Shown here piece after piece: positions 9,457 to 16,417 of a DNA stretch of 34,641 nt. The position numbers and the translations under genes are program-made. Each line of letters opens with the position of its first letter. The first letter of the stretch is position 1. Source of the DNA: an uncultured Petrotoga sp. (GTDB lineage Bacteria > Thermotogota > Thermotogae > Petrotogales > Petrotogaceae); the NCBI GenBank assembly GCA_937871925.1, contig CALMRR010000368.1, positions 1 through 34,641 of the forward strand. Reading direction: 5' to 3'. The notes under the pieces are model-generated. The model had not been told where the DNA came from and searched no databases. It saw nothing but the letters and a program-made list of their open reading frames with translations.

Positions 9457-9925
9457 TTTTATTTTGTTTATGTATATATAAGAAGAAGCTGATGATACAG
9501 TGATGTTCATTGTCGAAAAACAGTTAAAACGTATTTTCAAAAAGGATTTTAGACGTTGATAACTTATGAACCGGATATTTTTTTACCAACACAGTGTTTA
9601 TAGTTTGGATAAAATATAAAAAGACATGTTGAAAGTTTTTGAATGTTCAAAAGTTATAAACGGTTTTTAGTAACTTAATGTTGCTATTTGAGTTATCGAC
9701 AGTTCATGTTGATAAGTAGTTGATAGTAATGTTGATAAGTTTTTTATTATGATTAAAACTGTTTATTTATGATGCTTATATACTACGAACATATGTTGAT
9801 GTTGGTTGTTAAAAAGATTGTTGATTGTTTATAAAAAAATACACTTCTGCCACACTTTTCTAAGACCTGCTTAAGGAAAATACTTTATTATAAACCTAAG
9901 CACAAAGAGAAGAGAGGTGGAAAAT

Positions 9926-10186
9926 ATGTACAGATATATAGGGTATACAGGCAGTATGACAGGAATAGGCATGTTTTTTGTAGTGGTTGCAGCTGTTTTA
10001 CTGATTGTAATACTTTCAGTCATTCTTTATAAACTTCTTGCCAATAAGAGTATAAAACACGAAAAACAAGAAGTACTCAAGAAAGAAGAAGATACAGCTA
10101 TTGATCTTTTAAGACAAGAGTATGCAAAAGGCACCATAAATGAGGAAGAGTATGTAAAGAGGAAAACATTTCTTTCAAATAACTAA
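9926..10186 (+). CDS. Small membrane protein with C-terminal SHOCT domain
   Basis: One TM helix (GIGMFFVVVAAVLLIVILSVILY) and a C-terminal LRQEYAKGTINEEEYVKRKTFL, a SHOCT-type motif. I prefer the ATG at 9926 (AGAGGTGG RBS, 5-nt spacer) over the track start at 9917. Confidence 0.7.
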   Translation: MYRYIGYTGSMTGIGMFFVVVAAVLLIVILSVILYKLLANKSIKHEKQEVLKKEEDTAIDLLRQEYAKGTINEEEYVKRKTFLSNN

Positions 10187-10217
10187 GTATCCGGCGAAGT
10201 TTGTCGGATACTTTTTT
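10187..10217 (+). terminator. Intrinsic terminator after the SHOCT gene
   Basis: GTATCCGGC / GTCGGATAC stem (10187-10211) followed by TTTTTT. Confidence 0.7.
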
Positions 10218-10293
10218 GATAAAACCGTTACTTTAATCTATACAGATATATAATAAAAAAGATATAGAATACATCTGTAAAAGTTAATATTTG

Positions 10294-10450
10294 CTTTTCG
10301 GTGCTGTTTTCACACAGCTTAATAGGGAATCCGGTCAAATGCCGGAGCGGTCCCGCCACTGTAAGAAGGAGTCAGAATGCAGTAAGCCACTGTTTTACGG
10401 GAAGGCGCATTCAGATGATGATTTCAAGCCAGGAGACCTGCCGAAAGGAA
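10294..10450 (+). promoter_or_regulatory. Cobalamin (B12) riboswitch aptamer
   Basis: AATAGGGAATCCGGTCAAATGCCGGAGCGGTCCCGCCACTGTAA carries the conserved core and the B12 box (GCCACTG at 10355-10361). The conserved 3' segment is AAGCCAGGAGACCTGCC. P1 closes as TTTCGG (10296-10301) with CCGAAA (10441-10446). The 65-aa track ORF at 10291..10488 is therefore non-coding. Confidence 0.9.
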
Positions 10451-10490
10451 CAAAACCACTACAACTTACGAGGATAAGGAGGTTTTAAAA

Positions 10491-10535
10491 GTGAGCTGGA
10501 AATGTATTCGGTTTTTTTATATATGCTCTTCTTAA
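10491..10535 (+). CDS. Candidate 14-codon leader ORF (MSWKCIRFFYICSS) between riboswitch and terminator
   Basis: Strong SD AAGGAGG (10476-10482), 8-nt spacer, GTG at 10491. The stop TAA at 10533-10535 overlaps the first bases of the terminator stem. Too short to judge coding by composition. Confidence 0.3.
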   Translation: MSWKCIRFFYICSS

Positions 10536-10563
10536 AACCCTTTTTCTTTTGAAAAAGGGTTTT
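10534..10563. terminator. Perfect 13-bp hairpin, the likely riboswitch expression-platform terminator
   Basis: AAAACCCTTTTTC tttt GAAAAAGGGTTTT. The arms are exact reverse complements. A-run and T-run flanks give a bidirectional terminator shape. It sits 75 nt upstream of the CoA-transferase ATG. Confidence 0.7.
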
Positions 10564-10638
10564 AACATTTTATGTGTGTTGAATGAACTCTTAAAAATTT
10601 ATTAAAACACTTTTTAAAAAAACAAAGGAGAGCTAATA

Positions 10639-12165
10639 ATGATAAAACAGTTGCTAAAAAACAGTTCTATTATGTCAAAAGTAATGTCATCTTATGAGGC
10701 GGCATTAATGATAAAAGATGGAATGACAGTTGCCACCAGCGGTTTTACCCCCAGCGGCTATCCTAAAGCAGTTCCTCAAGCACTTGCAGATATTGTAGAA
10801 AGCACGGGAAAAAAGATAAAGATTACTCTTTTTACAGGGGCATCGGTAGGTGAGGAAATAGACGGCAGATGGACTCAGGCAGGAATAATATGTAAAAGAA
10901 TGCCTTATCAGACCAACAATCTGTTAAGAAATTCAATTAATAAGGGAGAATGTGAATTTTCTGATATACATCTGAGTAATTTTGCCCAGAATATAAGGTA
11001 TGGTTTTTATGACGAGATTGATATTGCTATAATTGAAGCTGTTGGTATAACTGAAGATGGATTTATTATTCCGTCAACTTCAGTTGGTGCCAGTCCTGTT
11101 TATGTGCAAAAAGCAAAGAAGGTGATTGTAGAGATAAATACATCTCTTAGTTCGGAATTAGAAGGTTTTGCCGATGTTTATATACCTGATGATCCTCCGC
11201 ACAGACTTCCTATTCCTTTATGCAGAGCCGAGCAGAGGATAGGAACAACGTATATTCCATGTGATAAAGATAAGATAGCAGCCATTGTTATTTCTGAGAT
11301 ACAGGACAAGCATAGTATTTTTTCAGAATGTGACGATACATCGCTAAAAATTTCCAAGCATCTATTGGATTTTCTTCATAACGAAATAATAATGAAAAGA
11401 GTTCCTAAAACTCTGCTGCCTTTACAGTCAGGGGTAGGAAATATAGCTAACGCAGTACTTTCGGGCATAGAAAAAAGCAGTTTTTCAAATATTACCTTCT
11501 ATACAGAGGTAATACAGGATTCTATGCTAAAGCTTATTAAAGCAGGTAAGGCTGTATTTGCTTCAGGAACAGCTCTTACGCTTTCAACTGAATGTTTTAA
11601 AGAGTTTGAAAAGAATATTTCATTTTATAAAGAAAGGTTGGTTTTAAGGCCGCAGGAGGTAAGCAACAGTCCGGAGATAATAAGGAGACTTGGGGTTATA
11701 GCAATAAATACTGCAATAGAAGCAGACATATACGGTAATATAAACTCTACGAATCTTTTCGGAACACGTATGATGAACGGTATAGGAGGATCAGGTGATT
11801 TTGCAAGAAACGCATATCTTACTATTTTTACCTTGCCCTCGACAGCCAAAAACGGCGATATATCTTCCATAGTTCCTATGGTGTCACATCACGATCATAC
11901 AGAACATGATGTGATGATTGTTATTACAGAAAATGGTGTGGCTGATCTTAGAGGACTTTCACCTAAACAAAGAGCTATGGCTATAATAAACAATTGTTCT
12001 CATCCTTATTATAGACCGATGTTAAAAGATTATTTTTTAAGATCGCAGAAGTTTGGATCACTTCATACCCCACACAAGCTTGAAGAAGCTCTTTCATGGC
12101 ATATAAGGTTTCTCAGATACGGAAGTATGAAAAACAATATTTCGGATAGTTTTTCGGTAGTATAG
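10639..12165 (+). CDS. Acetyl-CoA hydrolase/transferase-family CoA-transferase (succinyl-CoA:acetate / propionyl-CoA:succinate type)
   Basis: 508 aa. TSGFTPSGYPKAVPQAL, LQSGVGNIANAV and NGIGGSGDFARNA are the blocks I associate with the AarC/Ach1/ScpC-like family. RBS AAAGGAG lies 8 nt upstream of the ATG. Substrate pair not determinable. Confidence 0.85.
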   Translation: MIKQLLKNSSIMSKVMSSYEAALMIKDGMTVATSGFTPSGYPKAVPQALADIVESTGKKIKITLFTGASVGEEIDGRWTQAGIICKRMPYQTNNLLRNSINKGECEFSDIHLSNFAQNIRYGFYDEIDIAIIEAVGITEDGFIIPSTSVGASPVYVQKAKKVIVEINTSLSSELEGFADVYIPDDPPHRLPIPLCRAEQRIGTTYIPCDKDKIAAIVISEIQDKHSIFSECDDTSLKISKHLLDFLHNEIIMKRVPKTLLPLQSGVGNIANAVLSGIEKSSFSNITFYTEVIQDSMLKLIKAGKAVFASGTALTLSTECFKEFEKNISFYKERLVLRPQEVSNSPEIIRRLGVIAINTAIEADIYGNINSTNLFGTRMMNGIGGSGDFARNAYLTIFTLPSTAKNGDISSIVPMVSHHDHTEHDVMIVITENGVADLRGLSPKQRAMAIINNCSHPYYRPMLKDYFLRSQKFGSLHTPHKLEEALSWHIRFLRYGSMKNNISDSFSVV

Positions 12166-12213
12166 TGTACTTAAAAAAGAGTTATATGTTTATAAGAAGT
12201 TGAAACAAATAAT

Positions 12214-12238
12214 AAAACCCCGAAAAAATCCGGGGTTT
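12214..12238. terminator. Bidirectional intrinsic terminator between convergent genes
   Basis: AAAACCCCG aaaaaatc CGGGGTTT between the CoA-transferase (+) and the APH-like gene (-). Confidence 0.7.
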
Positions 12239-12256
12239 CTTTTAATTATGAAAAAG

Positions 12257-13120
12257 TTATAGAATATCGTCAAAGGTTTTATTGAGAACCAAAGTAAACC
12301 AGCTTTTTTCATTTAACTTCAAACCGTTAAGCAGCCACTGTATTTCCATGGTGTTGCGCATAAAACGTGCTCTTTTTATTAGATATTTGAGTTTAGGGTA
12401 TACTTCTGACATCATAGAAACAAAATTTTCACCATAGTTGTACATCAGGACAGACAGATCGTATGCAGGATCACCCAGTCCTATGGATCCCATATCTATT
12501 ATACCGGCTATTTTATTTTTGAGCTTGTCAAACTTAATATGGTATGGATTTATATCGCCGTTTATTACACACAAGTCGGAGTTGAAGTCAAGTTCTTCAT
12601 TTATAAGCGGAGCAAAAATATAGTTGATTTTTGAACGGGTGTACTGATTGGGAACTATAGGAAGAATAAAAGTCTGAACATCTTCGTATAGCTTTATCCA
12701 ATCTTCTTTTGAGCGGTATGAATCCGAAAACCAGGGGCCGTCTATTTTCAACTCATTTATAGATTTAAGGAACAAAGCAAGCTCCCAGGCAATATTTTTC
12801 TGTTCGGCAACAGGAAGTCTTTTTATTGATTCTGAACTCAAATCAGTTCCATGAATCATTTTGTACGAACCAAAATCATTTTCAACAATATCAAACTCCG
12901 GAACGTTAACCGAAGATATCCGGGCAATTTTTTTTGATAAGATAATTTCTCTTTTAAGATAGATTTCTCCCCATTCTTCACGCGGGAACTTAAACACCCT
13001 CTCATTATTAAGAAAGGCAATAAGATTTACGCTTCCTTCTTCATTAAAGATAATATCGCTTTCTTTTGACTGCGGGAAAAAATCGTGTATTCTTTTGTAT
13101 GCATATTCTCTGTCAATCAT
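12257..13120 (-). CDS. Phosphotransferase-enzyme-family (APH/choline-kinase-like) small-molecule kinase
   Basis: Catalytic-loop-like VINGDINPYHI and metal-binding IIDMGSIGLGDPAYDLS. 287 aa, typical size. Substrate unknown; no resistance claim is made. Confidence 0.7.
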   Translation of the reverse strand: MIDREYAYKRIHDFFPQSKESDIIFNEEGSVNLIAFLNNERVFKFPREEWGEIYLKREIILSKKIARISSVNVPEFDIVENDFGSYKMIHGTDLSSESIKRLPVAEQKNIAWELALFLKSINELKIDGPWFSDSYRSKEDWIKLYEDVQTFILPIVPNQYTRSKINYIFAPLINEELDFNSDLCVINGDINPYHIKFDKLKNKIAGIIDMGSIGLGDPAYDLSVLMYNYGENFVSMMSEVYPKLKYLIKRARFMRNTMEIQWLLNGLKLNEKSWFTLVLNKTFDDIL

Positions 13121-13202
13121 TTTTTTCCCCCCTATAATTATATCTGTGGATACATAAATGATACTACATTTTATAAAATAATGCTATGTGTACAGCGATA
13201 TA

Positions 13203-13877
13203 TTAATTTTTTTTAAGTTTTTGCAACAAATAAAATCTATTGAAGCAATCAAAAGCCTTGAACTCTATCTTTCCTTTTTCTACAATTTTAAAGTCTTCCT
13301 TGATCCATCTTTCAAACTTTTCATCGGAAAGATTATGAAAGTAAAGACCGCTTTTTTCAAGGAAAAAATCATCTGAAAGTTCTTTTTCAAAAAAATCAAT
13401 ATTTTCTTTTAGTTTTTCTTTATCCATGTAGTCATTAAGTTTTACAAAAAGTTTTCCTTCAGGCTTAAGTATCCGGTATATATTTTTAAGAACAAATAAT
13501 GCATCATCCGGAAGAATATTGTCAATAATATTTGAAAGTATGGCACCTTCAAAGGAAGCATCTTGGATGCAGTTCAAAGCCTCCAGATTTCCCTGTATTA
13601 CAGAAAAACCCGAAAGCTCTTTTTTTAAAATATAATCAACGGCAGTTCTGACAGCCTGGCAGCTTATGTCTATCCCTAATCCCTTTTTTACATTAAGGTA
13701 TGCACATCTTAGGAGGATGGAGGCATTTCCGCATCCGTAATCTATAATGTTTTGGGTATTGCCGCAAAGCCAGCCTATACAGCTATCCATTTTTTCAATT
13801 CCAAACGGTTTTGAAAGGTCTTTTAATTCTTCTTTTCCAAAAATATCATCCCAGAAGGCTTCTGTTTTTTCATACAC
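13203..13877 (-). CDS. Class I SAM-dependent methyltransferase
   Basis: Motif I IIDYGCGNA and post-I/II blocks (GIDIS, FEGAILSNII, LKPEGKLFV). The track start (TTG at 13928) has no RBS. An in-frame GTG at 13877 follows AAGAGGTGG by 6 nt, so I prefer it. Confidence 0.75.
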   Translation of the reverse strand: MYEKTEAFWDDIFGKEELKDLSKPFGIEKMDSCIGWLCGNTQNIIDYGCGNASILLRCAYLNVKKGLGIDISCQAVRTAVDYILKKELSGFSVIQGNLEALNCIQDASFEGAILSNIIDNILPDDALFVLKNIYRILKPEGKLFVKLNDYMDKEKLKENIDFFEKELSDDFFLEKSGLYFHNLSDEKFERWIKEDFKIVEKGKIEFKAFDCFNRFYLLQKLKKN

Positions 13878-13912
13878 TGTTGCCCACCTCTTTTTACTTT
13901 TTTTGGTTTGAT

Positions 13913-14056
13913 CTAAAGAAACCGGCAAGCTGTTGATGGGTATTGATTTTGAATAGCAAAAAGACTTTCCACTGCCTGTATAGGATCATCAACAGGTGCG
14001 GAAAGCTTCTGTTTATAAAAAATAATCTGGTTTAATTTTGAAGTGCTTATTAACAT
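13913..14056 (-). CDS. 47-codon ORF with strong RBS (MLISTSKLNQIIFYKQKLSAPVDDPIQAVESLFAIQNQYPSTACRFL); possible remnant of a winged-helix (HTH_42/AlkZ-like) gene
   Basis: Below the track size cut-off; hand-translated. GGAGG (14065-14061) sits 4 nt before the ATG (14056), which is 15 nt after the DUF92 stop. The pattern KQKLSAP...AVESLFAIQNQYP resembles N-termini of HTH_42-family proteins (from memory only). Confidence 0.3.
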   Translation of the reverse strand: MLISTSKLNQIIFYKQKLSAPVDDPIQAVESLFAIQNQYPSTACRFL

Positions 14057-14071
14057 AGTTCCTCCAAATAC

Positions 14072-14896
14072 TTATATATTAACTGTCAGTATGAACAGAA
14101 CCATTGATAACAACGAAGCGAGCAGTCCGCTCAGAAAGTTGACCATGTTGTTATTCATGAATTTTATACCTTTTACAAGCTTGTTTTCACTTTCGGCAAA
14201 GAATCTCCTTTCGGTATATATCTTAAGTTTTTCGCAGTAATAAAGAGCCTGAACGGATGCCCCTAGAAGGCTGTCAATTATAGAGCCTATAAATCCTCCG
14301 AAAAAACATACGGTAAATACAAAGGCTATGTTTTTGAAAGTTATGACTGTCTCATACTTCAGAGCATATCCGACTGTAAAAATAAGAGATATAACCAAGG
14401 AGCCCAGTAAAGAAGCCAAAGTTCCCAGAAGGCTTACTCCTCCGGACATTCCTTTTTTAATTCTTTTCCATGTAAGGATGGAGACAGGCTGATTTTTGCT
14501 CAGAACCCCCAACTCTGAAGCCCACGTGTCTGAGTTTGAACTTGCCATTGAAACCGCAAAGCCAAGCATAAAAACATGATTCTGGGTTATATAGTATAAA
14601 AAAGCTGTCAGAAATGCCGGGAGACCGTTGGCAATAACCTGAGAATAGTCTCTCCTTCCTGATTTTTCAGTAATAACTTCCGTATCTTTTTTTTCAGATT
14701 TTTTAAATTTGGTCAGAAGACTCGAGGATATAAAAAAAGCAATAAGTATGACAAAAAAAAGAAAGCCGCCGAAAAAGTAGAGGCTTGAGCCAAGAGCCAT
14801 TGCTCCGACAACACCGCTTATGGTAAGTGATTTTTTTCTGTAAGCATAAAAAGAAATAATAAAACTTAAAACCAAACCAATAACAAAATTAAGCAT
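14072..14896 (-). CDS. DUF92/TMEM19-family membrane protein (VTE6 phytyl-phosphate-kinase-like)
   Basis: Polytopic, 274 aa. Contains the blocks RRDYSQVIANG, NSDTWASELG, GGVSLLGTLASLLGS and IDSLLGASVQ that characterise DUF92/COG1836. Confidence 0.75.
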   Translation of the reverse strand: MLNFVIGLVLSFIISFYAYRKKSLTISGVVGAMALGSSLYFFGGFLFFVILIAFFISSSLLTKFKKSEKKDTEVITEKSGRRDYSQVIANGLPAFLTAFLYYITQNHVFMLGFAVSMASSNSDTWASELGVLSKNQPVSILTWKRIKKGMSGGVSLLGTLASLLGSLVISLIFTVGYALKYETVITFKNIAFVFTVCFFGGFIGSIIDSLLGASVQALYYCEKLKIYTERRFFAESENKLVKGIKFMNNNMVNFLSGLLASLLSMVLFILTVNI

Positions 14897-14909
14897 GAGA
14901 CACTCTCCT

Positions 14910-15566
14910 TCAGAAAGAAAGCAGATAATATAAGTAAGAAGTTATAAGGGGTACAGTAAGATTATCAAGACCAAATACGGAAAATAATTCTGTGAACATA
15001 GCTACCAAAGCAATTATGAAAGAGTAGACCAAAAAGTTCTGATCTGCGTGGATAAGCATTATTATAAGCGATACAATGAAAGAGAAAACAAACATTGCCG
15101 CACTCCCCTCAAGGCTTTTGGTACTATCAACAATTTTAAAACTATGTTTTCCGTACTTGCTGCCTATTATGGCTGCAAAGCCATCTCCGTACCCCATGAT
15201 CAGTATACCCATCGCACCGATGAAAGGGGAAGAACTTTTAGTAAAGGTCATAAGGGAAAGCACAAAAAGAGAAACTGCAAAATAAACCGTTCCAAGATCT
15301 TTCTTTCCAGCACCTCGTTCCATAGATTTAAAAATATTCTTTTTGTAGGAAATGTAGTTAATGATAATGAAAAGTGCCGGGACAACCGCTGCCCAGATGT
15401 TACTGTCAAAAAATATCATAGCAAGAATCCACCAGTTTGATACACCTATATGCACAAACTTTCGGGAACCTTCCTTTGAAAGGATCTTCTTTTTCTCAAG
15501 CAATCCGGAAATGCCTATAATAAGAAAAACTAAAATTATAGAAGCCCCAATTCCGATAAAGTTCAT
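14910..15566 (-). CDS. Dolichol/phytol-kinase-family (COG0170, VTE5-like) CTP-dependent prenol kinase
   Basis: Polytopic, 218 aa. Blocks: SRKFVHIG, GYGDGFAAIIGSKYGKH, KSLEGSAAMF, GLDNLTVPL. Its ATG overlaps the crtM stop (ATGA at 15563-15566). Confidence 0.75.
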   Translation of the reverse strand: MNFIGIGASIILVFLIIGISGLLEKKKILSKEGSRKFVHIGVSNWWILAMIFFDSNIWAAVVPALFIIINYISYKKNIFKSMERGAGKKDLGTVYFAVSLFVLSLMTFTKSSSPFIGAMGILIMGYGDGFAAIIGSKYGKHSFKIVDSTKSLEGSAAMFVFSFIVSLIIMLIHADQNFLVYSFIIALVAMFTELFSVFGLDNLTVPLITSYLYYLLSF

Positions 15567-16417
15567 ACTTTTCTCCCCTCTCTTAAGAAAATGTTGCTTA
15601 TAATGATCTTCTTTTCATCTTGAGTCACGTAATTTCTTGATCCAAAACAATCATAACCACTTTCTCTAACTTTATCAAGGATTTTTTGATATAAAAGAGC
15701 TGAGGCCAGTACCGGTTTTTTTGATTTTTCATCCAGATAGTCTACAGCAGATAAGAACTTAGCATAGTATTTTTCAGCAATTTTAGCTTCATATTCCCAT
15801 AAATTTTTAAAATTACTGTTTATTGTGTTTTTGGAAAGGTCATCAACAGAGTATTTGAACATTTTCATAACTTTAAGCGGCAGATAAACTCTTTTCATTG
15901 CAAAATCCTCTCCGATGTCACGCAGTATGTTGGTTATCTGCATAGCCTTTCCAAGATCTACGGCAAAAGGAGCTAGTATTTTATGATTTTTAACGGCAAT
16001 TATGGGAGCAAGCATCATACCTACTGTTCCGGCAACAAGATAACAATAATTTTCAAGCTCTTCCTGAGTTGAAAAAAAAGAAAAATTTTGATCCATACGC
16101 TGTCCGGATAACATATCGTAAAAAGGCTGTATACTGATTTCGTATCTATCAAAAACACTTCTTAAAGCCCTCCAGAGAGGGGAGTCTATGTAGTGTCCTT
16201 TTTCAAAGTTTTTTAACTCATCTTCAAACTTTTTAAGCGAATATCCGTTATCGCTTTTATCAACTATATCATCCGCCTTTCTACAAAAAGCATACACAGC
16301 ATAGACAGCCTGAGCTTCCTTTTTTTCTAGCAGAGAAAAGGCTGTATAGAAGCTTTGGGAGTTTTGCTTTATTATGTTCTCACAAAAAAGGAAATCGTCA
16401 TCCAGAGAAGTTTTCAT
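15563..16417 (-). CDS. crtM: Squalene/phytoene-synthase-family enzyme, probably 4,4'-diapophytoene synthase
   Basis: Two Asp-rich motifs: FCRKADDIVD and NILRDIGEDFAMKRVYLP. 284 aa. Translationally coupled on both sides (ATGA overlaps at 16414-16417 and 15563-15566). C30 versus C40 specificity is inferred from size and context only. Confidence 0.8.
   Translation of the reverse strand: MKTSLDDDFLFCENIIKQNSQSFYTAFSLLEKKEAQAVYAVYAFCRKADDIVDKSDNGYSLKKFEDELKNFEKGHYIDSPLWRALRSVFDRYEISIQPFYDMLSGQRMDQNFSFFSTQEELENYCYLVAGTVGMMLAPIIAVKNHKILAPFAVDLGKAMQITNILRDIGEDFAMKRVYLPLKVMKMFKYSVDDLSKNTINSNFKNLWEYEAKIAEKYYAKFLSAVDYLDEKSKKPVLASALLYQKILDKVRESGYDCFGSRNYVTQDEKKIIISNIFLREGRKV

Noticed and set aside
9457-9916. 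Calling this gap the chromosomal origin (oriC)
   Set aside because: No dnaA, dnaN, rpmH or parAB gene is in the window, and gene orientation does not switch cleanly here: minus-strand genes resume at 12257. The repeat array is kept as a finding, but the oriC label is not supported.
10291-10488. 65-aa ORF in the track
   Set aside because: It lies entirely within the cobalamin riboswitch aptamer and expression platform. The conserved RNA motifs explain the sequence, and there is no RBS.
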